The notes under the pieces: model-generated | Databases searched by the model: none | What the model was told of the DNA's origin: nothing | What the model saw: the letters and a program-made list of their open reading frames with translations, nothing else | From: an uncultured Chloroflexia bacterium | GTDB lineage: Bacteria; Chloroflexota; Anaerolineae; Anaerolineales; Villigracilaceae | Assembly: GCA_963847105.1 (NCBI GenBank) | Contig: CAWJYP010000003.1 | Location: 558,409-622,408 of the forward strand | Length of the DNA: 64,000 bases | Direction of reading: 5' to 3' | Made by a program: the position numbers and the translations under genes | In this document: positions 38,074 to 47,644 of the stretch, piece by piece | Layout: the number at the start of each line of letters is the position of its first letter | Position numbering within the stretch: position 1 is the stretch's first letter

Positions 38074-39807
38074 ATGTCGCCAACTGTTTTTATCCATGAT
38101 GCTCACCTTCAGCAATGGCTGACCTTCAAAGACCCTGTGGAAGTGATGGTTGTCCGGCGGGTTGAAGAGGTGCTGCCTGCCATGCAGGCTGTTGAGCACT
38201 CTGTAGATCGTCACGGCTACTGGGCAGCGGGTTTTATGAGCTATGAAGCCGCACCTGCCTTCGATTCAGCCTTGTACGCCTATCCAGCAGATGAATTTCC
38301 GCTGCTATGGTTTGGATTATTCCGTTCGCCTCAAGTGTCACCCTCACTTCCGCCTTCATCGGCTTTTCGTCTCGGTGAGTGGAGCCCATCGGTCACTCGT
38401 CAAGAATATGATCAGGCTATTACCAGGATCAAAGAGCAGATCGCCAGGGGCAACACCTACCAGGTAAATTATACGATGCGGTTGCAAGCGTCTTTCCAAG
38501 GCGATCCATTGGGACTTTTTCAGTCGCTTGTGCGGGTGCAGCCGACCGCCTACGCAGCCCATGTAGATATCGACGATTTCGCTATTTGCTCTGCTTCGCC
38601 GGAACTCTTCTTCCAGTTGGACGGTGAAAAAATCGTTACGAGACCGATGAAGGGCACCATTAGCCGGGGCTTGACGCTTGACGAAGACAACAGGAAAGCC
38701 AGCAATCTGAAGAGCTCTGAAAAAGACCGGGCCGAGAACGCCATGATCGTGGATATGCTTCGCAACGACCTGGGACGCATCGCCGAGACAGGAAGTGTAA
38801 ATGTCCCGCGTCTGTTCGAGGTCGAGCGTTATCCCACTGTCTGGCAAATGACCTCGACGGTCACAGCCACAAGCCGGGCTTCCATCACGGAGATCATGTC
38901 AGCGCTTTTCCCCTGCGCCTCCATAACAGGCGCACCTAAATCGAGCACCACCCGCATTATCAAGGACCTCGAAGCGGCTCCACGCCATGTGTATACCGGT
39001 TGCATCGGCTTCATCGCTCCCGAACGGCAAGCGCAATTTAACGTGGCCATCCGGACCGTTTTGATTGGCCGCAAAACCGGCTTGGCCGAGTACGGTGTCG
39101 GCGGCGGGATCGTGTGGGATTCGACCCCGCAGGGTGAATACGAAGAATGCCAGATCAAAGCCCGCTTGCTGACAGACGGACGGCCTGATTTCTCCCTGCT
39201 GGAAAGCCTGCTCTGGTCGCCTGAAGAAGGCTACTACTTACTCGATTATCATTTCCGACGGCTAGTCGCCTCGGCGGAGTATTTCGAATATCCCTGTAAC
39301 CTGGAGTATCTGCGGGTGGAGCTGGATAAGCTGGCTGCCGGGCTTCCACCGTCCGCTCACAAAGTGCGGCTCTTACTGGCGCAGACCGGGAAGGTAACAT
39401 TGGATGCCACGCCGCTTGCACACATCCCCAAACCTGAGACGGCTCGGGTTATGGTAGCACCCACACCGGTCAACGCGGGTGATGTTTTCCTGTACCATAA
39501 AACCACCCATCGCCAGGTGTACCAGGCCGCCGAATTTGCGAACCTGGATTGTGACGAGATCCTGCTCTGGAATGAACGGGGAGAAGTGACCGAGACCACC
39601 ACCGCCAACATTGTCGTGGAACTCGATGGAGAATTGCTCACTCCGCCGGTATCATCCGGCCTGCTGGCCGGGACCTACCGGGCCTGGCTGCTTGAGCAGG
39701 GTTTGACTCATGAGCGGGTCATTCTTACCAAAGACCTGCAGCGCTGCAAACACATCTATCTTGTGAACTCGATCCGCAAGCAGCGGACCGCAATTCTGGT
39801 GGAATGA
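38074..39807 (+). CDS. pabB: Bifunctional aminodeoxychorismate synthase component I / aminodeoxychorismate lyase-like (PabB-PabC fusion)
   Basis: The chorismate-binding part has GNTYQVNYTMRL, SPELFF, RPMKGT, ENAMIVDMLRNDLGR, SITGAPK and GGGIVWDS. The C-terminal roughly 190 aa are class IV aminotransferase-like (ILLWNERGEVTETTTANIV...TPPVSSGLLAGTYR). Confidence 0.8.
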   Translation: MSPTVFIHDAHLQQWLTFKDPVEVMVVRRVEEVLPAMQAVEHSVDRHGYWAAGFMSYEAAPAFDSALYAYPADEFPLLWFGLFRSPQVSPSLPPSSAFRLGEWSPSVTRQEYDQAITRIKEQIARGNTYQVNYTMRLQASFQGDPLGLFQSLVRVQPTAYAAHVDIDDFAICSASPELFFQLDGEKIVTRPMKGTISRGLTLDEDNRKASNLKSSEKDRAENAMIVDMLRNDLGRIAETGSVNVPRLFEVERYPTVWQMTSTVTATSRASITEIMSALFPCASITGAPKSSTTRIIKDLEAAPRHVYTGCIGFIAPERQAQFNVAIRTVLIGRKTGLAEYGVGGGIVWDSTPQGEYEECQIKARLLTDGRPDFSLLESLLWSPEEGYYLLDYHFRRLVASAEYFEYPCNLEYLRVELDKLAAGLPPSAHKVRLLLAQTGKVTLDATPLAHIPKPETARVMVAPTPVNAGDVFLYHKTTHRQVYQAAEFANLDCDEILLWNERGEVTETTTANIVVELDGELLTPPVSSGLLAGTYRAWLLEQGLTHERVILTKDLQRCKHIYLVNSIRKQRTAILVE

Positions 39808-39918
39808 TCTTCAAGGCGAGTGGCGAGAGAGAACCGTCGTGTTCTTACATCCCCTCTCCTAAAAGACCTTCCCAGTTTCACATCGATCGTGAATGCCTGA
39901 GAAAGGAGCCCACACCCC

Positions 39919-41013
39919 ATGACTCATCCGCATAAACTTACTCGCAGGGATTTTATAAAATTATTGTCAATTGGCATAGCGGCAGGTGGTTCTGCCTATC
40001 TGGAGGCCTGTGCGCGACAGAATTCGACTCTCCCACCGCCTGTGGTTCCCACTATAAAACCAACCTCCACCGCTACAAGGCAGCCATCCGCCTCTCCTTC
40101 CCAGACTTCTACTAATGTTGAAGCAACCAACACCCCGGATACACGATCACACCTGATCCGTGCCCGCCATGAGCAGGTCTGGCAGGGGGATTCACTGAAT
40201 CCAAATGCCTTGAAATCGATGTTGAACAATTCCGTGGCTCAGTTCACAGGTCTGGACGATGCCCGGCAGGTATGGGGTTCGCTATTCAAGCCGCAAGAAC
40301 GGGTTGCTATTAAAGTGAATAGCATCATCAACGGCTCGACCCATGTGGCGCTGGCGATGGCAGTGGTGGAGTGTTTGCAGGACGCCGGCGTCCCGAGCGC
40401 ACAGATCACCCTGTATGACCGCTCGAGCAATGAACTGCGTCAGGCTGGTTTCCCTGTATCGAGCCAGGGAAATGACCTGCGCTGCGAGGGCACCGATGGC
40501 CGGTTCGTAGAGGGATGGAAGGTCGGGGGCGTGTCGGCGCGGTTGAGCCAGGTTCTGGTGGACTGTGATGCCCTGATTAATATACCCATCCTAAAGGCTT
40601 TTTCGATTGGTGGGTTATCGTTCGCCATGAAGAATCATTATGGTTCCGTAGACAGCCCCGGCCGTTTCCATGGGACGAATTTCACCGGTGGAGTAACGAG
40701 CCTGAACGCACTGGAACCGATCAGCCGCCGCACCCGCCTGATCATTGGCGATGTGCTGACCCAGGAGACGCATCGGGATCTGGTCAATTATTTGGTGGTT
40801 GGAGGACCGAAGGCCATCCTGGTGGGGAACGACCCAGTCGCCATGGACGCCGTCGGCTTACAGATGGCCAAGACTGCCCTGGCACTGCTGGGGCTAAACC
40901 TGGGGGCGGTCAAATCCCCGGCTGAAGAATGGCTTCGAACAGGGGCAGACCTGGGCCTGGGGAAATGCGATCTCGCCCAGATCAAGGTCGATGAGGTTAT
41001 ATTGACCGAGTAG
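39919..41013 (+). CDS. Tat-signal DUF362 domain protein
   Basis: Twin-arginine lipoprotein-like signal: LTRRDFIKLLSIGIAAGGSAYLEAC. DUF362-like motifs: VAIKVNSI and DALINIPILKAFSIGGLSFAMKNHYG. Confidence 0.7.
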   Translation: MTHPHKLTRRDFIKLLSIGIAAGGSAYLEACARQNSTLPPPVVPTIKPTSTATRQPSASPSQTSTNVEATNTPDTRSHLIRARHEQVWQGDSLNPNALKSMLNNSVAQFTGLDDARQVWGSLFKPQERVAIKVNSIINGSTHVALAMAVVECLQDAGVPSAQITLYDRSSNELRQAGFPVSSQGNDLRCEGTDGRFVEGWKVGGVSARLSQVLVDCDALINIPILKAFSIGGLSFAMKNHYGSVDSPGRFHGTNFTGGVTSLNALEPISRRTRLIIGDVLTQETHRDLVNYLVVGGPKAILVGNDPVAMDAVGLQMAKTALALLGLNLGAVKSPAEEWLRTGADLGLGKCDLAQIKVDEVILTE

Positions 41014-41043
41014 AACCTACCCCAGTAAATTTATCTGAGGAAT

Positions 41044-42093
41044 TTATCGCTCACTCTGTTTGTAATGGATATCGGATAACCCCCGCAGGCGTTCGGCGGC
41101 TATTTCGGGGGTGATGTCGCGCTGCGGCATGGAGAGAAGCTCGTATCCTACCATGAACTTGCGGACGGTGGCGGAGCGAAGCAGGGGAGGATAGAAATGG
41201 GCATGCAATGTCCATTCGGGGTGGGACATCCCGTCGAATGGCGCCTGGTGGAATCCCATCGAGTAAGGAAAGGAAGTTTCGAAAAGGTTATCGTAGCGGG
41301 TGGTGACGATTTTGAAGATGCCCGCCAGGGAGGTCAGCTCCGCTGTGGTCAGGTCGGGCAGGCGGGCTGCATTCCGATGGGCGATGACAATCACCTCGAA
41401 AGGCCAGACCGCCCAGAAGGGGATCAGTGCAGTGAAATGGTCGTTGGAAGCAATGATCCGTTCTTTATGCTTCTGTTCTTCTACCAGGTAATCTGCCAAT
41501 AATCTGCGTCCATGCTCGTTGAAGTAAGCCTGCTGGCAGGTCAGTTCTTTGGCGGGTTCATTGGGGATATGTTCATTGGCCCAGATCTGGCTGTGGGGAT
41601 GGGGGTTGGAGCAGCCCATGATGGCGCCTTTATTCTCGAATACCTGCACATGCTGGACGAAATCCAGCGAGCCCAATTGAGCGGATTGTTCGGCCCAGCA
41701 TGCAAGGACTGACTCGATTTGGGAATTGTCCAGCTCCGGCAGGGTGAGATCGTGGCGGGGAGAAAAACAGACCACCCGGCATATTCCACGTTCAGGGATG
41801 GACCTCAACAGCTCGTGGCTGGATTCCAGCACTGCCTCGGTTGCATCGGGCAGGAGGGCAGCAAAATCGTTATCGAAGACGAACGTACCTTCGAAGGGAG
41901 GATTTTTTATACCGCCGGCGCGCTCATTGCCGGGACAGAGATAGCAGGTCGGGTCATGGTGGGGCAGGAGCACGACCGGCTCCTTTTCCACCTGTCCCTG
42001 CCAGGGACGTTTGGCCCGGTGGGGCGAAACAAGCACCCATTCACCGGTTAACGGATTGAGGCGGCGTTGGGGGGAGTCGAACATCATCATCAC
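41044..42093 (-). CDS. galT: Galactose-1-phosphate uridylyltransferase
   Basis: 349 aa. Motifs: [36 protein letters not shown], and the HPHSQIW active-site His-Pro-His. Confidence 0.9.
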   Translation of the reverse strand: MMMMFDSPQRRLNPLTGEWVLVSPHRAKRPWQGQVEKEPVVLLPHHDPTCYLCPGNERAGGIKNPPFEGTFVFDNDFAALLPDATEAVLESSHELLRSIPERGICRVVCFSPRHDLTLPELDNSQIESVLACWAEQSAQLGSLDFVQHVQVFENKGAIMGCSNPHPHSQIWANEHIPNEPAKELTCQQAYFNEHGRRLLADYLVEEQKHKERIIASNDHFTALIPFWAVWPFEVIVIAHRNAARLPDLTTAELTSLAGIFKIVTTRYDNLFETSFPYSMGFHQAPFDGMSHPEWTLHAHFYPPLLRSATVRKFMVGYELLSMPQRDITPEIAAERLRGLSDIHYKQSER

Positions 42094-42254
42094 ACCTCCT
42101 GATCGGATGGTTTACGATCGCTTCTAACCGCTCGAATAGGTGAGAATCCCTTCGGGGGTTGATCTGATCGAGCCACCGCAATTATTACACAAATATCCCC
42201 CTGGCTGCAGAAGCAGACCACTCGATCTTGCCACATTGTGCGCATCGCAGCATA

Positions 42255-42980
42255 TCAATGAGTTTCATTGGAGGCTGTGTGGCTAACTGACCTGGTTTTT
42301 CGGCGAAAACCAAGTTGAAACCATTCCCACCATGGACTGATCTCAACATGCACTACTCCAGCCCCCTTAAGGAGCGCCGTGAATTCATCAGGCGAGCGCA
42401 GTCTCATATCATAGCCCCATTTCTTTGTGCAGCAAGAAGTGAGCAGGATGCCACCCGGGCGGAGGACGCGCGCTAATTCTTTGATGGTCAGGTCGATATT
42501 GGGGATCAGTTCGATAAACTCCAGGCAGCTCACCACGGTGAAGGTGTTGTCGGGAAATGGCAGGGGAATGGCGGGCTGGTTCAACAATTCCATCCGGCCG
42601 GCGTGCCCTGCCAGATTCTCGTTGGCTCGCTGCAGCATGCCCAGGGAGATATCCACCCCGATGGCGCGACCACTGAACTCAGGCTGTTGGAAGAGGGTGC
42701 AGGGAAAGCGACCCGTCCCTGTGGCTACATCCAGGACGAGGACCTCGGCGAGGTCAACGCGCCGGTCTCTCAGCTTGCTTAGCAGCGGCTGGATCAAAGA
42801 TTCTTCATCCTTGGATTGGCTTTTCTTCTTGTCTGTGTCATATTTGGCCGCCCAGCGATTGTACAGCCATCCCTGGACCTTTGGTCCCAGGTGAACGCCG
42901 TCGAAATAATAGATCTCCCGTTCAAGGGCGTAGACGATTATGAGGATAACGATGACGGCGATAATCAACCAGATGGGCAT
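42255..42980 (-). CDS. Membrane-anchored class I SAM-dependent methyltransferase
   Basis: ATG at 42980 (MPIWLIIAVIVILIIVYAL, a TM segment). Motif I: VLDVATGTGRF. Confidence 0.75.
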   Translation of the reverse strand: MPIWLIIAVIVILIIVYALEREIYYFDGVHLGPKVQGWLYNRWAAKYDTDKKKSQSKDEESLIQPLLSKLRDRRVDLAEVLVLDVATGTGRFPCTLFQQPEFSGRAIGVDISLGMLQRANENLAGHAGRMELLNQPAIPLPFPDNTFTVVSCLEFIELIPNIDLTIKELARVLRPGGILLTSCCTKKWGYDMRLRSPDEFTALLKGAGVVHVEISPWWEWFQLGFRRKTRSVSHTASNETH

Positions 42981-43169
42981 GTTGGTTATTCTCCAAAGAG
43001 GTATACCACAGCGGCAAGAACTATGCTTCGATCCCCTCATTAACGATGACTATGTATGAGGTAATTCTGGCAGATTAATCGCTCATGCCATCCGGATGTT
43101 TGGTTGTTGAAAGTGTTATTCCGACTCCCGCGTTCACCAATCTGGATGTACCCCCTTGTCAAAGAGATT

Positions 43170-43685
43170 TTATTGGAAATTTTCTACTCGTTCGTATTCT
43201 TCCAAATAATTCGAAAGGCTCTTGAGCGCTCTCATTTGCAGGGCCCGGACGGAACCAGGCTGTTTCCCCATCTTTTGTGCGATCTCTTCCGTGGTCAAAT
43301 CATCGATGAATTTCCATACCACCACTTGCTGTTGGTCGGGGGTAAGTTTCTTTAGTGACATGATGAGAAATTCAACTTCATTATTACTCTCACAGACGGT
43401 TGCCGGGTCGGCCTCATCGCTTACGTATTTGTCGACTTCGTCGATGGGCTCAACCTCTTTATATGTCCTGCGATCATCGATGACAGCATTCCGCGCGATT
43501 GCGTACAGCCAACTTAGCGGAGGTGCGCCTGTATCTATATAGGTAAATCGCTTCTCCCATGCTCTCAAGAATACCTGTGAGGTGATATCTTCCGCTTGCT
43601 TTTCGTCTGCCAGTCTGTAATTGATGTAATGTTGGATACGTTGCGCATAGGTTTCATACAACGTGGTAAATTGATCCATCGGCAT
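43170..43685 (-). CDS. ECF-type sigma-70 family sigma factor
   Basis: I chose ATG at 43685. Region 2: HYINYRLADEKQAEDITSQVFLRAW. Region 4: LTPDQQQVVVWKFIDDLTTEEIAQKMGKQPGSVRALQMRAL. The ORF is open up to 43973, so a longer N-terminus is possible. Confidence 0.75.
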   Translation of the reverse strand: MPMDQFTTLYETYAQRIQHYINYRLADEKQAEDITSQVFLRAWEKRFTYIDTGAPPLSWLYAIARNAVIDDRRTYKEVEPIDEVDKYVSDEADPATVCESNNEVEFLIMSLKKLTPDQQQVVVWKFIDDLTTEEIAQKMGKQPGSVRALQMRALKSLSNYLEEYERVENFQ

Positions 43686-43992
43686 ACTTCTGGTTCTTTG
43701 CTGACCCTTCTGCTCATGTAGGTCCAGTCTGGCAGGTGGAGGCAAAATAGTTGTCCGGAGGTAATTCGGTTTTTGCAGCATCTGATATACCTCTACAAGT
43801 GGTGCCGGATAATGTAGGGTTACTATATTTCCTTCTGGCCTTCTTTTCCATTGGGGCTTTACCCAAAATGGCTTACGGGATTCCCCCACCTCCCATTTCA
43901 TAATTACTTCCTTGGTGTTGGCGAAAATAATAGGCTGCCCTGAAAGAGGGCAGCCTATTTGTGCAAAAAGCATGCTTGTGGAGACTTACAGG

Positions 43993-44517
43993 CTACATTC
44001 TTGCGCTGCCTGTGCTCATATCACTGCCTTCCATGGAAGCCCTGACGTTGATGCTGGTTTCAGCCAGTCTGGTGAGGCGGGCATCCGTTTCTTTTTCCTC
44101 CTCCAGCGTCTGGCCCAAGATATTGGCAGTGTTGTTATACCCCAATTGGCGCGCATGCGTCCGAGCCGTTCCATAAGCAGCTATTTCATAATGTTCCGCC
44201 CTTTGTGCTGCGCCGATCAATGCAGCGTTGAGAGAGTTGGGGGAAGCGTCGGCTTTCATCACTTCAGCGCCTTCCTTGACGATCCCTTCCATACCCATAC
44301 ATTTCTTGCCATTTGGGTTGACTTTCAACTGATCGCAGATTTCCTCGATACGATCTGCATGGGTACGGGTTTGTTCCAAATGCTCTTCAAAGGCAATTCG
44401 GAGGTCCCCATCTGCTGCTTTGGCAAATTTTGGCAAGGCTTTGATCAGTTGTTGTTCGATGCTGTAAATGTCCTTCAATTCATCTGTTAAAACATCCTCA
44501 AGGTTCTGTATTTTCAT
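43993..44517 (-). CDS. Ferritin-like YciE/DUF892 family stress protein
   Basis: ATG at 44517. Sequence: LTDELKDIYSIEQQLIKALPKFAKAA...FEEHLEQTRTHADRIEEI...AQRAEHYEIAAYGTA. Confidence 0.75.
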   Translation of the reverse strand: MKIQNLEDVLTDELKDIYSIEQQLIKALPKFAKAADGDLRIAFEEHLEQTRTHADRIEEICDQLKVNPNGKKCMGMEGIVKEGAEVMKADASPNSLNAALIGAAQRAEHYEIAAYGTARTHARQLGYNNTANILGQTLEEEKETDARLTRLAETSINVRASMEGSDMSTGSARM

Positions 44518-44573
44518 GGAGGCGTCCTTTCGTATAGGTATCTGAAGCCCGATAGGTGCTTTCCTTACAATAT

Positions 44574-44828
44574 TTATCCACGCACCATGCCGGGATGGAT
44601 GAGGTGCAGGATCCACACCAGAACAACACCGCCTAAGGCGGCTACTACAATCTGCCCCAGCCAGCTCGTGACTGCGAGACCGAATAAACTCGCCAGCCAG
44701 CCTCCGATCAGCCCACCAATGAGGCCGACAACAAGATCGCCCAAGAGGCCATACCCGGCGCCCCGAACGAGCATCCCCGCCAGCCAACCGGCGATGATAC
44801 CGCTTATGATCCAGATTAATATTGACAT
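44574..44828 (-). CDS. GlsB/YeaQ/YmgE (transglycosylase-associated) family small membrane protein
   Basis: 84 aa. Sequence: IIAGWLAGMLVRGAGYGLLGDLVVGLIGGLIGGWL. Confidence 0.8.
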   Translation of the reverse strand: MSILIWIISGIIAGWLAGMLVRGAGYGLLGDLVVGLIGGLIGGWLASLFGLAVTSWLGQIVVAALGGVVLVWILHLIHPGMVRG

Positions 44829-45074
44829 TATTTTCTCCTTTTCCTTTGGTTATGCGGCTGATATAACTTTCCATAAGCTGCCATGCATTCCTATTGGTCA
44901 GAATGCATCTTCCACATATTTAAACGAATTTGCTCCTGATTTGTTACGTTATGGGTACAATGGTGTTATTGTTCATTGGTTCATCAGTTTCAAATTTCGT
45001 TGCGCGTAGTCGACTTTTAGTCTTTGACCTACTGCTAAAAATATTTACTTCCTAAAAACACGAAGGAGCCCACA

Positions 45075-45914
45075 TTGGCAAAGAACTCACATTGGCAGGG
45101 AAAAGTGGCCCTCATTACCGGCGGATCCAATGGGATCGGCCTGGCGGCGGCGAAAATCATGGCTGCTGCCGGTGCGCATGTGTGGCTGGCGGCTCGGCGT
45201 ATCGAGATCCTCGAAAGTGCATTCAAAGAGGTCGTAGGCGCGTGCCCATCCAGCGAACAATGCTGTGGGTTTATCCCTACCGATGTATCTGACTCGAAGC
45301 AGGCAACCCATGCGGTCGAGGTGGTCACTGAATCTGTTGGTGTACCGGATGTAATCATCAACTCTGCCGGGATAACCCAGCCCGGTTATGTGCAGGATCT
45401 TTCCCTGGATGTGTTCGAGGCCATGATGAAGGTCAATTACTTTGGGACCGTCTATGTGAACGCGGCGGTCCTGCCCGCCATGATCAAGCGTGGTTCCGGT
45501 CATATCATTAATATCTCCTCCATGGCTGGTTACCTGGGCGTCTTTGGGTATAGCGCCTACGGAGCCAGCAAGTTCGCCGTTACGGGTTACTCGGAGGCGC
45601 TGCGGGCGGAAATGAAGCCGCACGGCGTACGGGTTTCAGTAGTGTTCCCACCCGATACCGATACTGCGCAACTGGCCTATGAAACGCCTTTCAAGCCAGC
45701 CGAGACCAAAGCCATTTCTGGTAACGCCAAAGCGCTTTCTGCCGAGAAGGTGGCGGGTGACATGCTCAGGCAAGCTGCCAAAGGAAAATATCTCATTTTC
45801 CCCGGCACGGATTCGCGCTTGTTCTACATAGCCACCACCAAATTGCCAAAGAGCCTTGTCTTTGCCGTTTTGGATATGATGGCTGCTTCCGGTCGAAAAT
45901 CCAAATCATCCTGA
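45075..45914 (+). CDS. SDR family oxidoreductase resembling 3-ketodihydrosphingosine (3-dehydrosphinganine) reductase
   Basis: TTG start 6 nt after AAGGAG. Motifs: GKVALITGGSNGIG, NSAG and YSAYGASKFAV. The distinctive VVFPPDTDTAQLAYETPFKPAETKAISG aligns with eukaryotic KDSR [26 protein letters not shown] as I recall it. Confidence 0.7.
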   Translation: MAKNSHWQGKVALITGGSNGIGLAAAKIMAAAGAHVWLAARRIEILESAFKEVVGACPSSEQCCGFIPTDVSDSKQATHAVEVVTESVGVPDVIINSAGITQPGYVQDLSLDVFEAMMKVNYFGTVYVNAAVLPAMIKRGSGHIINISSMAGYLGVFGYSAYGASKFAVTGYSEALRAEMKPHGVRVSVVFPPDTDTAQLAYETPFKPAETKAISGNAKALSAEKVAGDMLRQAAKGKYLIFPGTDSRLFYIATTKLPKSLVFAVLDMMAASGRKSKSS

Positions 45915-46007
45915 TCGTCACTTGCCTAAGGTTATAATTGAGATGCTTGGCATCCTTCCAACAAGGATGCCTTGAAATACTATTCCCAGAAATTACTCGG
46001 AGGAGAG

Positions 46008-47190
46008 ATGGACATCTTTGAAAAGTGTTCCAGATTCACGGCAGCGAAGGAAGCTATCGCGGCGGGGTTGTATCCTTACTTTATCCCATTGGAGAAAAAC
46101 GAAGGCACCGAAGCGGTCTTCAAGGGTCGTCGCCTGATCATGTGCGGATCGAATAACTACCTCGGCCTGACAACTCATCCGCAGGTCCGCCAGGCTGCTC
46201 TGGACGCCATCAATCAGTACGGCACCTCTTGTACCGGTTCGCGTTTCCTTAACGGTACCATTGAACTGCATGAGCAGCTGGAGAAGGAACTGGCCGAATG
46301 GGTCGGCAAGGAAGCCGCCTTGGTCTTCTCGACCGGCATGCAGACCAACCTGGGTGTGATCAGTGCGATTGTCTCCCGGGATGATGTGGTCATCCTCGAC
46401 AAGCAGGATCATGCCTCCATTGTCGACGGGGCGAAACTAAGCTGGGGAAAGACCGTCCGTTTTCGCCACAATGATATGGCAGATCTTGAGCGGGTTTTAT
46501 GTCTGGTGGGCGATGGTCCTGGAAAACTGGTGGTGGTGGACGGTATTTACAGTATGGAAGGGAGATATCGCGCCTCTTCCTGAGATCATCATGTTGTGCA
46601 AGAAATACGGGGCCAGGTTGATGGTCGATGATGCCCATGCCGCCGGTGTGCTCGGCGGTGGGCGGGGAACGGCCGCCCATTTCAATGTCACTAAAGATGT
46701 GGACCTGATCATGTCCACCTTCAGCAAATCCTTCGCTTCACTGGGCGGTTACATTGCCGGTGATGCAGATATCATCCACTTCATCAAGCATAACGCCCGT
46801 TCGCTCATCTTCAGTGCCAGCATCCCGCCAGCCAATGCCGCCGCAGCCCTGGCAGCCTTGCACGTGATGCAAGCGGAACCCGAACGGGTACAGAGGCTAA
46901 CGGATATTGCCTCCCATATGCGGACAGAATATCGGCGAATGGGCTTCGACATCGGAAAATCCGAGACGCCTGTCATCCCCATCCTCATCGGCGACGACAC
47001 GCGTACTTTGACCATCTGGAAGACCCTCTTCGAGGCGGGCATCTTCGTCAACCCGGTCATCTCGCCAGCCGTCCCGGAAGGGCATCAACTCATGCGGACT
47101 AGTTACATGGCCACCCATACCGATGAACAGATGGCGCGCGTCCTGGAGACTTTCGCCACGGTCGGTAAAGCGGTGGGGCTGATATCATAG
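46008..47190 (+). pseudogene. Alpha-oxoamine synthase resembling serine palmitoyltransferase, with one frameshift at about 46560-46563
   Basis: Fragment 1 ends ...KLVVVDGIYSMEG|RYRASS*. The other frame continues GDIAPLPEIIMLCKKYGARLMVDDAHAAGVLG...STFSKS (PLP lysine). Removing one base from gaaggg-a-gatatc restores SMEGDIAPL. The N-terminus GSNNYLGL...GSRFLNGT and the C-terminus HTDEQMARVLETFATVGKAVGLIS are collinear with Sphingomonas SPT as I recall it. Confidence 0.75.
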
Positions 47191-47192
47191 AA

Positions 47193-47435
47193 TTAACCGG
47201 CGGGGATTGCTACGACCTGGCGCAACCAGGAAGCCGGGCTCGGAATGATATTCACAACGCCTACCCGGCGGCGGACTTTGCCATGCAGCCTCTCCACGCC
47301 ATTGGTGGTACGGATCAAACGCCGATGGGCAGCTGGGAACAAGAAATCCGTCAGTCCTTTCGGGCTGTTCACAGCCGCCCTTTCGGCCAAGCGGGGGGTG
47401 ATTTTCCGGACCTTCTCAATCCCTTTCTCCAGTTA
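47193..47435 (-). mobile_element. C-terminal remnant of an IS256-family (Mutator-type) transposase
   Basis: An 80-codon open stretch reads LEKGIEKVRKITPRLAERAAVNSPKGLTDFLFPAAHRRLIRTTNGVERLHGKVRRRVGVVNIIPSPASWLRQVV. It carries the family signature FP...I.TTN.(I/V)ER(L)... It is preceded by an in-frame TAA, and no N-terminal or catalytic part is present. Confidence 0.65.
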
Positions 47436-47644
47436 AGCGTCAGCGGCAGAAAGATGTTTACATTACTCTTGGAAGCTAATACATTGGTTAAGATTGTAGT
47501 ACGGATAGAAATATGGTTGTTCTATGGATAGAAATGCGGTTGGCAACGGGTCTGGTTCACATTTATAATGAGTTTAGCTATCCAATCGTGCGATCCGATT
47601 AACCGTAAATAGCAAGCTGGCTTAAACTTGGAGACCACCACCTC

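Noticed and set aside
43686-43973. A 96-codon N-terminal extension of the ECF sigma ORF.
   Set aside because: The sigma-70 region 2 alignment begins just after Met at 43685. The extension has no recognisable domain, so I kept the shorter call, but I cannot exclude the longer form.
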